DNA of 61,000 nucleotides, filler included, from Perkinsus olseni (GCA_013115125.1; 8 parts of 8 records of this genome joined end to end with filler, not necessarily neighbours in it), one strand, 5' to 3'; positions 1 to 12,400 are shown, counted from the whole stretch's first letter. Notes: generated by a model from the sequence alone, not told the origin. Numbers and translations: made by a program.

Positions 1-72
<72 letters not shown>
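1..72. repeat. (TGA)n microsatellite at contig start
   Basis: 24 perfect TGA units at the start of the window. Confidence 0.98.
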
Positions 73-73
<1 letters not shown>

Positions 74-1103
74 TGGCCTACCACCACTACTACCTCAAAC
101 CTGTCAGTCAGGATAGCCTCGGCCGCCTCCGCAAGAGGCTGTGCATGAGCATTGCTGGCCGTAGTATACTAAAATGGGTAAATAACTCCGATTGGTGGAC
201 GATGTAGCCCCACATAGCTGGATCGTAGCAGGACAACAGCGGCCGTATGATGGTTGAGGGCGGTCTTGACGATGTGCTGGGCCAGCCTCCCAGTCAAGGA
301 GGGCACGTCAAGGGTCAGGCTCAGCCCCAACAAAGCTGAGAGACACCACAACCTCTACAACACTACCAAGGCCCCAGCCCCTACTCAACAGAAGCCCACA
401 CTGCGCCTGCTGCTGCTGCTGTACGAGTGATGAGGAGGAGGGCGTCATCAGCCCAGGGTTGTGCAGAATCGCCGTCTCCCAATTGCCATGCATGTACCTG
501 TACCGTAACAACCTGGGGCCCTCCAAGGCCTTGGGGGGCTACATGAAGGAGGTAATGACGCCAATGCACTTGATGGTATCGCTCCTAAGAGCGTAGGGGT
601 CCGGAAGGGTTGGTATCTGACCAGGTACCTCTGATGACCGAGAGGAAGCACCGGGGTTGTTGGCACCTCTATCCTGAGTACTCCCCCCTCCTGTGGTACT
701 ACTACTGCATCACCACCCCCCTCCTCCTCCGCCTCATCATCTTCAGGGGGTATTATCTTCTTGTAACAGTAGCGGCTGTAGGAGGCCAGTATCTACCAAC
801 ACGACCCTAAGCACCATCATCCACCGTCCTGACTACCAATTTGTGTAACTTGACCTCCCCCTCCCCTTCCTCCTCCTCCTCATTCCCTTCCTCCTCCTCC
901 TGTCCCTCCACCCTGGGCATTGCCAGTATACAGTCAGTGAGCTGTCCCTTCTTGTATAAGTTAAACAAGCTGAGCTCCTCTGCCTCCTGCTGCTGCTGCT
1001 GCTGCTCCTGCACCTCCTCCTCGCCCTCTGCTGGCTCTGCTATCTCCTCTAAGAACACGACCCCAGTACCGACACTCCCAACGACGCCACTACTACCTTT
1101 CAT
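73..1103 (-). CDS. BTB/POZ-domain-like protein, multi-exon, 3' end unresolved
   Basis: First exon (ORF 807-1103) has LFNLYKKGQLTDCILAMP...VKLHKLVV, resembling a BTB N-terminus, with acidic/poly-Q inserts; further short exons run toward the contig edge. Confidence 0.55.
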
Positions 1104-1196
1104 TCTGGATAATAATGATAATGAACCGGATGGTTAAGTCAAACTGCGCAGTGACAAAAGCGCGCGCCCAAAATAACCACCACCACCACAACTCAA

Positions 1197-4100
1197 CTAC
1201 GCGGGAAGGTTAATAGAGACACGTCTTTCATTGTACATGACAACATCGTGAGGCTGAGGATACAGCGAGGACCCTCGGTCCGGCGGGGGGAGGAGGTGCT
1301 GCTGCCTCTGGGCCTCCGACCGCGTCGGACTCGACGTCAACTTGAGAAGTAGTGGCTGCTTCTTCGGGCGATGATGGAGGGGCCTGGCAGGTCGTATAGC
1401 AGAGCGAGGAGGCGGGCTCGGTAGCGTTACAATCTTCTCCTTGCCGCTGCTCCTGCGGTCCTCCTCCCCATCTTCATCATCACGTCCCATCTCCCCCGGA
1501 AGGTTTATGTCATCACTCGATACTGTAGCCGCCCCTCGGCCGTCACCCTTCCTACCAGCAGCCCTCTCATCCCGTTCTCGTCTCTCCTCCTCCCTAAGCC
1601 TCTCCGCCTCCTTCGCCGCCTTCGACTCACCATACACCTGCCCTGCCTAGTCACCAGATGCCTCCTGCGGAACGCCCCTACCTGCAGGGCGATGGCCTCC
1701 TCCAGGAGGACGGAGAGCATCCTCTGAGTAAGGCAAGGGACGAGATGGATGTCCCTCTCATAGTCGAACACAAACGCGTCATCATCCACGACCTTCGTTG
1801 AGACCCTGATGACCACACTACCATCAGAAGCCACCGACCCTCCACCCACTCAGTGCCCTTGTCATCGAGTTGCCATCTGTATCGAACTCTGACGTTATTG
1901 GCCAGCTCCCTTGGGGTCAGATGTGCCGCTTTCTTAACGACCAGACGGAAGGACAAGGGCAACCCCACGAGCTGCGAAGGTTCCTCTACAATCTGAGTAT
2001 GATCAGCTTTGCGTGACCACCACCACCACCCACCTCCTCGTCGGGCACTGTGGTGCTGCTGCCGTCCCTCGAGAGGGGCCACACGGCACAGGTGAGGGTC
2101 CCTACTGGTCGGCCCGTCGACGAAGACATCACCTTCACCGATACTGCAAGGGAAGGGGCGCAGCAGCACCCTACTTTGGCGTCCAGCTCGTTCTCCAACT
2201 GCATGGTGAGGGACTCGAGGTAAATCCGGGCTGTCCCGATCTCCCTTTCCAGCGTAATGGGGTCCCAAAAGGGGTCGTCTTCATCGTGCAAGCTGATGAT
2301 GATGAGGAGATCACCATCACCATCACGAAGGGCGGGAGGGTGCAATACTCGTCTATATAAGCCTGGCCATCATCGCACCAAGCCTCAAACATGTCCCGCA
2401 TAAGGTAGACCCGATTCTCCAAAGTCTCGGGAGTCCAGTCGTACACTCGGAGACCTGTCGCTGGGAAGAGGAGAGGGGCCGTGGGAGGGGAGGGCCCACC
2501 TCGATAGTCAACACCCACCAGGACCTCCGTCATCCTCCTCTCGCCACTCCCGGAGGACTTCACCGACCGTACATGCAGTATCGTGCTGAACCTATCATCA
2601 TTACAATGAGGCAAAGGTTGTTGTTGTTGTAGTGGTACTACGCGTATGGCCTGGCCATCTCCTTGGCCATCAGTGTGGCCTCCTTACACAGGGGCATCGT
2701 CACCATCAACTGCTCGTGCAGTATCCTCAGATCTACCTCCCTTCGCCTCCTCTCCGCCTGCAAGAGTATCCGCGGGCGTTGAGAATAGATGCTCGACAAT
2801 CATCATTTACTGGTTATAATATTTCCGTTCAGATGCTTTTGCTTTATCATCATTACTATAACTTTCACAAGATATTATTCACAAAACCTAACTCTATTTT
2901 TTTAGCTACCACCTCAGCCGTCTCCAGTTCCTTCTGTTTCCTCAGCATAGCCTCCCTCTCCCTCTCCGCCTCCCTCCTCTGCGACTTCAACTCCTTCCTC
3001 AGCTTCCTCAGCTCCTCGTCCCTCTCCTCATGCTCCTTCCCTAGCTTCACTATCATTAACCCCTCCCCCATCACCCCTACCCTACTACCTCGCTGGGACT
3101 GTATGTCCTTCAGCTTAGCCTGGTACTCCTCCTCCCGGGCCTTGGCCTCTGCTTCCGCCTTCTCCCTCGCCTCCTTCGCCTCCCTTATCGATTGGTCGTA
3201 CCTAACCCACACCATCACTACAACCAGACGGTACCGACAACCAACTCCTCCTTCCGTTTCCTCTCTGCTTCAACCTCAGCTGCACTTCGTCTGTAGCCGC
3301 CCTCTATGTCCCCCTGCTTGGCGGCCAACTCCTCCACACAGCCCTCATAGGTCACCTACCGACCGTTACTTCAACTCCATTACAGTGGCCATCACCACCT
3401 TGGCGCGATCAATGAGCTCCTGGCCACTTCCCTTGGTCGGATCGACAAATATAAAGTTGTAATTATTTTGCCTCCCCAGTACCACTCTATCACCGTGTCC
3501 CAGTGCAAGGGAATCCTAGGTGGACTCTGGCAAGATACACAACAGGTCCCAACACTACCATATCCGTAATGACGTCACCATTGAGATAAGAGTAAGCCTC
3601 GGCAGCATAGGCCTCCCCGTCCGCCTAACATCCCAAGCCTGGCTGAGCCCCAGGCAAGCACACCCCACCTTAATAGCAGCCTTCCCGTCCCTCACAGTCA
3701 CGCAGACCTGGTACCTGCCGCAGCAAAGTGAAGGCTGGGAATCTTTGGTTGGCCCGGGGCTTGCCTGTGCATGAAGGCAGCCCCTGCTAAAAGATACTTC
3801 GGTGGCCCCCTAGGGTCATCATCATGATCTACCAGACTTTCACTGCTGCCCTCGACCCTAGGTCTCCGGGCCCTCCCCCCAAACCACGTGTCTCCATCAT
3901 CGAAGCAATAGAACAGCTTCCCTGAGGGGACACTGGGGCGCCGCTAAACCTACCGCTCGCACCAGTCAGCATAGGGTCCTCATTGAGGTTGGTGAAGTGG
4001 GGCTTGGTCAGGTCGATGAGACCGTCCTCACTATTGGCTGAGGATCGCCTTCGACCCTCCTTCGCTTCCGCTAGCCTCTCCTACTCGACGAACCGTTCAA

Positions 4101-6029
4101 CGCCACCCTACAGCCTACCACCATCACCTCCCAAGATCGTTGCATGTCCTTCAAGGCCGCCTCCATGGCCTGGATCTCCTCCTCGTGACTAATCATCACC
4201 ATCACCAGCAGTGCAACCCCAGGCCCCTCCTCACCTTCTTCTCAGCTTCTCCTTCTCACTCTCGTAGGCCTTCCTCTCCTCCTCAGTCATCGTCGCCAAG
4301 GCCTCCGGTCTCGCCGTCGTCACCCCGCCTCCCTCGGCCAGCAACGCTTTCAACTTCTCATTCTCCTACACTACAAGGTCGGCGATTACTGACTTCCCTC
4401 AGCACCTCCCGCAGCTGCCGGATGAGCTTGTCCTGAGGGTCCTCATTAACCACAGCAGCATTCTTGATCTTCTTAGCTCGATCCGCGTACCTGCCGCCAC
4501 TCCTACCCGACCGTCCCTCCCCCGCCCATCACCTCAGCGTCGAGAGACTCTCCTCGTAATTGGCGCTGGCTGGGCTTATCGCACAAATCATCACCGTCTT
4601 ACTCGACCCACCCAAAGCGTTCTAAACATCACCAAAAGGTCCCTCTCCCTCCCCTAGCCCTATTACCTGCAGCAACCTTGTGAGCTTGCTGTCCCTATAG
4701 GGCACCACAGCCCCTGGCCGGGCCTTGCCGGTCGCCTTGTCCGCCAATGCCGAGATCACATTACCCAAAGCACTCAGGGACTTATTAATAGCACAGCCCT
4801 CTTTCAGCCTATCCCCGCTGGCTCCGGTCTGGCCGGCCTTCTCCGATCCTACCAGATCCCTCTGTATGGCCGGTAATCGCCACCACTGCTCCTACCGGCC
4901 AAGTCGACCAAGTTGATCTTACTCATCCTGACTCCCTTCTTCTCTCCCATGATACTAATTTGCCTGAGTCAAAGAAAGCCTACCCACCCTCCTTCACCCA
5001 TCCCACCGACCGGAACTCAATAGAGATGACCGTATGGGCCCTGCTGCTGGTTGCGTTCATCAGCGTGGCCCCCACGGTACGGTTACTGGTACCTTCCGCT
5101 ACTACTGCCTCTATACTCTCGAAGGAGTCCACTGGCCTAGTCGAGAGGCCCTGGACGAAGACCCCTGATAACTACAATGATGGTGATGCTAATGGAGCCT
5201 AGCATCACCTAGCTGTTTGCTCTCTCGGATCTCCAAACCCTTCTTCGGCCTCTGCCGAGGATGCACAAGAAGGTCCTGGACATGCTCGTTATAGATCTCA
5301 AGCATCGACACGGACACCTGCGAGCAGGAGGAGTATCTTTACTACGCGTATCCTGCAAGGTTCAACCTCAAACTTCAACGCGTCTGAGGATGTCTCTTCG
5401 ATCCTCCGGAATATCTCCTCACAGGCTATCGGCACTATACCCTGAACCAGCGTTAATAGAAGGAGGGCCGGCGGTTGTGGTCCTCGAGGCCCACCCTATT
5501 GGGGCCATATCCGACCATGCTGTAACTCTTCCCGGATCCTGTTTGACCGTAGGCAAATAAGCAACAATGATACCTACCCCACCAGCGTGCATCAGCTCCC
5601 CCACGGCCCTGCTCCTACTACCCTTCCCAAGCGTTGTTGAGGACATCGACGCCCACAGCTTCGAAGACCCTCTGCTGATCGGCATACCGAGACGACGGCC
5701 CTTTAGGTTGAGACACCCCAGTGAGGGATTCTATCTAAGCACGTCCAAGTGGCCACCCTTTAAGGAGACAGGGGAATCACTTCATAATCATCGTGGCTCC
5801 AAAAGGAGTAGTCGAAGGTGAACCTTTTGGGGTCACTACTGTCCTCAGCTTCCCCATTATCCAAGTCCCTACCAAAACCACCAATACTACACCCACCGCG
5901 CTACCACCACTACTACCGTATAATCGTCTCCTGGCCATTCATGGCGACACAGCATCGAGATGATAGGCCGATTTCCCGATCGTTGAACGGCCTTACCCTC
6001 ACTGCCACTCGCACGCTCGACTCCGCCAT
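1197..6029 (-). CDS. Kinesin-3 family motor protein (KIF1/Unc-104/KIF28-like), many introns
   Basis: Hand-spliced exons give [16 protein letters not shown] (ATG 6029), [12 protein letters not shown]-loop [72 protein letters not shown], kinesin-3 [14 protein letters not shown] before an FHA-like region, [11 protein letters not shown] and DPFWD; last exon is ORF 1197-1637. Confidence 0.93.
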
Positions 6030-6339
6030 AGTCGGATGAGCTCTGCCCTGCACGCCCCTTGACGATGGAAGGATACTCCGAACGCAACAGATTGAGGGAA
6101 GAATGATACTACTGATATTGTTATGGTATTATCACCTTCAGAGGCGCCTTCAGCTACCTAGACTCCTTAGGAGAATCCAAGGTTGATGATAGGAAGTGAC
6201 AGAATGGACGACTTAGCAGTATGATGACCGAGTCAATGATGATGCACTCGATCAGAGAAAAACTATTCAATGATAGCTATGATATTAGAAAAGGCCAACA
6301 GCCTTCTTGGCAGTCCGCTGCTTCCAGACAGGCATGGAG

Positions 6340-7518
6340 TAGAAATCCCTACTCCCTTTACCAAAAACAGTAGTAAAATCCTCCTCGGACAGGTACCTGA
6401 AATCGACCAGCTCACCATCCAAAACGGCAGCAGCGGCGAGCCTACGCTTCCCTCTTAGTCGGATTGACCCCAGCCGGGAGGTTTTCGGCCAGGCCTAGTA
6501 ACTGAGGAAAGAACCGTCCTTCGGCACTACTGAAGAGACCCTGCTACTACCTGCTCCGAGGGGTACTTCACTTTGTTAGGGTCGTCGAATGTCCGCTTGT
6601 CGGCAACAGGGGCATCAGCGCCTGGAGGGAGTATCTTAGGTCGAAGCTGGCTGTGGGCACAATTACCAGATGCTCTGATGGTGGTGTAGTCAGTTGATAA
6701 AGATGCTCTCAAACTGCTCTGGAGGTATCCAGTATTCTGGACCTTCCATTTGAACCTAGTCTGATCGTCGGCGGGAGAGGCCTCCACTGCGGCAGTCGAG
6801 GGGGTCTGGACATAAGGCGCCTTGCTGCTGCCAACCTCCGCGGGCCGATCGACAACCACTTCGCTGGCATCTACAAACAACGGAGTCCAAGGGGATGCCT
6901 GATGATGATTTCGATTACCAAGTGGCGATGCTGCTGCGCTAGCCTGGGGCGAGTAAGGGTTAACCTGCGTATGGCGATGACGACCTTATCAAGGTATTTC
7001 AACTACCTTCGTCTGTGGGGTGGTGAGCTGAGAGTCATCCAGCGGCTCCTCCTGTCGTTGGACTGGCGTGGTTGGTACCGCTGTATCGACAGCAGCCTGC
7101 TGAGTGAAAGCCTCCGAAGACGGTAGAGTAGTAGTGGGCTGGGCCTCCTCAGAAGAGGTGATGGCATCTTCCGCTGGCCTAAGAGTAGTAGCAGTGCCCC
7201 CGGGTTGAGGGACGGGTTCCTGTTCTTACTTATCTGTGGCGGCTGCCTCTGCTGGCGATACTACCGCAGTGCCATCGTGGCTTTCCTCTACTCGAGCATC
7301 CTCAGTAGGTAGAGCCTCCTGAATGACTGTCGTACATGGTCTATCACTAAGATTCCCCCAAGCCCTACCTCCTTCCCTTCAGTGCCAGCATCAACATCAA
7401 GATACTCCAAAGGTGAGTCATCACCTTTGACCTCGTCAACCGGCTCCTCAGTGACGGCCGACTCACTCCCTTCCCTTTGCTGCTGCTGTTTCTTCTTATT
7501 TCCCTTAGACTTGCCCAT
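6340..7518 (-). CDS. Hypothetical protein, multi-exon; 3' end approximate
   Basis: ATG 7518 (MGKSKGNKKKQQQQ) and ORF 6527-6880 on the same strand with plausible GT-AG joins; no family recognised. Confidence 0.5.
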
Positions 7519-7632
7519 TATTCAACTGTTTAACGGTGTCTCCACTAGGCGACAGGATCCGCTGTGAGCAGTTTTGATCATCGCTCGCCCTTTAATTCAT
7601 CTGCTCAGTAACGATAAGATATGCTTGAGTAG

Positions 7633-7732
7633 NNNNNNNNNNNNNNNNNNNNNNNNNNNNNNNNNNNNNNNNNNNNTTAATTAATTAANNNNNNNNNNNN
7701 NNNNNNNNNNNNNNNNNNNNNNNNNNNNNNNN
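7633..7732. other. Artificial contig linker
   Basis: N44-TTAATTAATTAA-N44. Confidence 0.99.
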
Positions 7733-7747
7733 GCGTACACAACACTT

Positions 7748-8635
7748 TCACCAACGGGAAACCTCGTTGGTCGGACCCAAGCGCCGCGAGTGAGAGGATT
7801 TAACAACGCACTCCTCACTTTCGGAGTTCTCACCTTGCTCGCTCCGCGTGGCAGGCGAATCTTGCTCCAGTCGAGAATCTTGCTCTTCCTCAACACTTCC
7901 CTCACTTTCCTCGACCTCAGCATGGGCCTTTTCATGCGCTTCACCTCCCTCATCTTGCTCCACTTGCATTTCCTCAACGCCACCAGCTGCCTGCTCTGGA
8001 ATTCCCTCCTCATCATCCGACCACAGACCGCCTTTTCCTCGCTCATCAACGCTCTCCGCAGCTTCACCGTCTTCGGACTGTCTCGCGCTATCTTGCTCAT
8101 CTTGCATTTCCTCAACGCTCGTTGACACAGCAGTGGTGTCCATCCAATCAGGTGCCCTGGTCGTTGCTGCTGTTGTCGGGGCCTCGCTGGATACTCTGCG
8201 TTTTTTCGGGGCCGGGGTTCCTGAAATTCCACAGAAAAAAATACAGAAAAACGCCGCGCCCGGGGAACGAACCTGCGAATCTCTTGACTTCCCCAACATT
8301 CTCTGTCTCTTCATGTTTCCTCTTTTGCGCACCGTCACCGCGCCTTAAAATTATGTTCATTATTTTACGGAAAAATCCAATTTTTTGCGGCCTGGCAGTT
8401 TTCGGGCCCTCGGCTCCGAGATCAGGGGTAGTATCAGTCTGAAACAAAAGATACTCAAGATTTTCCGCGCCCTCTCAGAGTAATCAAAAGGTCCCCGGAT
8501 CGATTCCGGCATCTCTCACTTCTAACTCTGCCCCTTCCTGATTCGGCGTATTCAAACTGGAAAGGATCGACAATCTCCGCACTGAATCCGCACAGCTACT
8601 CGCATGCGGCTCAGAGGGCGGTGGAAAGGTCTGAC
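7748..8635 (-). CDS. Acidic low-complexity coding exons; possibly the distal C-terminus of the Na+/H+ exchanger
   Basis: ORF 7748-8338 (PKKRRVSSEA, repeated VEEMQ-EQD units) plus small upstream exons with GT-AG borders; I could not establish frame continuity unambiguously. Confidence 0.4.
8247..8288 (-). pseudogene. Degenerate tRNA 3'-half in predicted intron 8221-8288
   Basis: AGAGATTC-GCAGG-TTCGTTC-CCCGG-GCGCGGC-G-TTTTT on minus strand. Confidence 0.55.
8478..8519 (+). pseudogene. Degenerate tRNA 3'-half in predicted intron 8439-8519
   Basis: GAGTAATCAAAAGGTC-CCCGG-ATCGATT-CCGGC-ATCTCTC-A. Confidence 0.6.
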
Positions 8636-9410
8636 GAGGAAAAACAGGGAAGAAACGATGAGGATAACCGCAGACGAGCAGAAAAATTGTTAACAAAAAC
8701 AGAGAATTTGCGGGGGAAAATCGAAAAAATTGCAATAGGCGATCCGTGAAAAAAGCGACGAAATCGTGCCATCTGCAGGAAATGAAAAGAATTTCGCCGA
8801 CGATCATCAGTTGTTAATCTCTGTTCTCAAGATATTTCAGGCGCAAAAAAACGAAAAAATCGAGAAAACAGATATGTTCACTCACCATCACAGGCTTGTC
8901 ATCATCGACAGTCAGCCACGGCGCCGTGAAGGCCTTCGGTGGTGTTTTGGAACGGTATGACTTCATAGGAGGGAGTTCTCTGTCCCGAGAACGCTCGGTG
9001 TACGATGGTGCGGTAGAGGTTGATAACGCCCTCATTCGTCAAAGGAAAAACTGATGGAAAAACTGGAGAATCGATTTCGTAATCGCTTCGCTCCGCTGTT
9101 TGAAGAAAGCCTGGCGCACTAGCAACTCAACAAACGCAATTAACACGTACAACGGTTGAAATAACAATTGTTGCAAAAAACTTTCACGCGCCACGAAATT
9201 ATACGTCCGCTTTCGGCATAACAATATTCACTTTTTTCGTATTCATCTGACTCGGTAGAGTTCTCGGACTCAACACACCGGCGTTGGGAGACAAACAAGA
9301 AGCCTGAGAAAAAACATAAAATTCCGGAAAATTTCCGGTATTTTTCATGCACCCCTGGGAAAAATACGGAAATTCCGGAAAGAATTTTCCTAAATTTTTA
9401 ATGCGACCTT

Positions 9411-12400
9411 ACCCCCCGCATTAATTGACGATGAGCTTGCATGCGAGTGCTCACTCGCCTCGCTATCGTTCGAATGGCCGTTCCCGGCATAGACTCCGTC
9501 GACGGCGCCCTGAAAAGATGACCAAAAATATTTTTTTCCGGAAAATTTAGTTTTTTTACCGAGGAATTTCCGGCAATAACGGCTGGGTTAAATCCACCGG
9601 ACTCGCCGCGCCGCTCGAAACACGACTAGGAGGTCCTCGAGGAGACGCCGGTGCGCCGCTGATCATCCAGGAGTGACTGTAAACGGGCGATTCGAGAATC
9701 TGAGGTAAGCGAAACACCCAGGTTCGATCCCCGAGGGCGACACTACTCACTTTTTTCGCTAAGAACTCCAGTTCGTCGACTAAGTCTTCGCCGTGAGCCA
9801 GCATGCAAATTCGTGCAGATTTGATAACTGAGCAAGATAATTTCGTGGCGCGTGAAGAACCCGAAACTCCTACCGGTTAGAAGGAAATTATCCCCTTCTC
9901 CGCCGTCTCTGTCATTCGTTGGGAAACTCTCAAACGCGTCTTCGCTCTGAAGAAGAAAAGAGTCACGCGCCACGAAAAAATGCAACATGTCGGGATCGAA
10001 CCTGCGCCTCACCACCCACTTCTTCAGCAAGAGCACTCCCCTCTTCGCTGCCCTCAGAAGTTCGAGAATTTGCATCTTCAAGAGGATCCTTCAGGCAGGT
10101 CGGATCGATACTTGACAACTTCAAGGTCGCCAAAGATTCCAAATCGCTCTGAATCTTGTGAAGAAAGTTTTCAGCATCGCCTGAAAGGCCAAAAATTTCC
10201 GGAAATTTTCCGAAAAAATCCAAATTTTCCGTTCACCTTCAGAAACAACTCCCTGACCTCCCATAGTCTCAACTATCGTTTTCTGGTGAATTAGAATGAA
10301 CTGAGCAAGTTGCTTCGAATGAGCAAGTCTGACCACCCGCTCGCCGGACTTCCCGAGAATTTTACGGAGGAACCTGTGTCGGGTGTGGGATTCGAACCTG
10401 GGTCGTCAGCATGAGAGTTACTCTTTCGCCTCGCGAACTTGATGTTTGGACTCCTCAATAACCAGCCATTCTTCGGCGGTGTCAGCCGACTCTGTATGGC
10501 CGTAGTATCTAAGGTTGATCATTGCTATATACGGAGAAGGTACTGGGTTGGAATTGGGCGGTGATTCTAAAGCGAATCTTTCCCGTTTTTTCTCCCGAGA
10601 GCCGACCTCTCCAAAAGTGTTCGCATATATTCTTCATCATAATTCTCGCTGTCCACTGGTGAACAAATTTAAAAATAATAGAAAAACGCCGGTCCCAGGA
10701 TTCGAATCGGCCACCTCACCACCCACCTCGCGATGCTCTTCTGCGCTCTTACATGGGCCGCGACGAACGAGTCCACTACATAAACGGTAAGCTCTGCCCA
10801 CGACGAGGCGAAGTCGGTGGACAGCCTGAGTGCCAGAAGTTACTAAAAATTTGGTATGCACGCATGCACAATCCACCTGGTTTTCTGCTTCAACCTCCAC
10901 AGCGACATTCTCCGCCCAGATTCAAGTCTCTTCCTCAGCTTGTTCCAATCGTTCATTCTTTTTTCGATCTGAAAATGACATCCGTGGAAATCGATCCGGG
11001 AACCTTCCGCATAACGAATGAGGGTTCCTCGAACACTACGCCAAATTACTGTATATTTCTCAATTTCATCCTCACGAAATGAAAGCAGCGGGGATTCGAT
11101 CCGGGGACCTTCGAATTACCTACTGTAAACTTACGTGGAACTGCTGTGCCGTATCAACGCTATATATCAACAACTGAGCCGCCGTCGAGTTCCTCGGCAG
11201 GAGGCCCAGGTCCATAAAGTCCCAGTATCTATCAGAGGTCGCAGGTTCGATCCCCGCGGCCTGCATTTTTCAACCCACTCTGCTTTCACTGCTGACAACA
11301 AGGTCTTCCTTATTGACACCACCGTCTCCTGGATCGCCAACTGTTCCAGCCGAGCTCGCGTGTCACTATGAGGCATCATACGCGTATCTTAAATCGATCA
11401 ACCGTTTCATAATATACAAAAATAAATATTTTCCTCACCCGGTGTGATGACTCGGTGACCAAGCCGTATGTCGCTATACGCCCGCCGAATTTCGCGGCGC
11501 GGTGACGAACCTCTCCGGGGCGAATCCTCGTCGGCAGAATCGCCGGCCGCTCTTTGACGCAATGTGCTCACAGCATCAGTCAGAGTCTGCGTTGAGGAAA
11601 TACAAGATAGAGCAAGGTCAGCAAGATCGATAGTCGCTCACCTTGGGACAGCTCGTCCGCAGTACTTCGTCATCCACAAGCAGCTCGTCATACCTACGGC
11701 AACCGAGAGGTCCCCGGTTCGAATCCCAGTAGAGACATATTTTCTCACATTTCCCTCGCGGCTTCAGCGATACTCAAATCCACATTCTTCAACAGAATCC
11801 TCTTGCTCGTAGTCAACTTCGTGAAGCCCAAAAAGTTCACCTGAAAAAAATCACCGTCACGCGCCACGAAATTCTCCTCGGCTTCCTACCAGAGCGTGCG
11901 CGGTCGTAGCATTGACAAGCAGCGTCAAGCAAGCACAGCCGCCGACGATGAACATCAACTCCTCACGGAGGCGCACATCCGGAAACGCTTCTTCTGATTT
12001 CGTCACCATCACCTAAAAATGGGCCGAATTTCAAACTAAAAATAGAGCAGTTTTGCGCGACAAAAAATCTGTTATTTTCGATTTTCCCTGGAATATTTTT
12101 TCTCCCTCCTAAAACAGCAACGGTATCTTAGGTTGAAGCTTACAGCTAGCGAAAGGGCCACCGCTCCTCGGAGACCACCCCACGAAATGACCGTCAATGA
12201 TCTCCAGTCGATCTTCGGGCCGATTCGGCCTAGCAGCGGCCACAGCAGCAGCAACATCACCGACCGTGTCACCAGCATGACCAAATACCTGAGGCGGAGC
12301 GAAGCGAGTTTTATTTGGAGTTTTCCACCTTTACACGAAACAAAACCAAGTCGACGAAGGAAAAGACAGCGAGGAAATATTTTTCATCAGTGATGATCTA

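Noticed and set aside
2632-3462. 276-aa plus-strand ORF
   Set aside because: Antisense shadow of kinesin coiled-coil exons.
8221-11748. Functional intronic or split tRNA genes
   Set aside because: Most units lack a 5' half and have mismatched T-stems; I found no matching 5' halves in the window.
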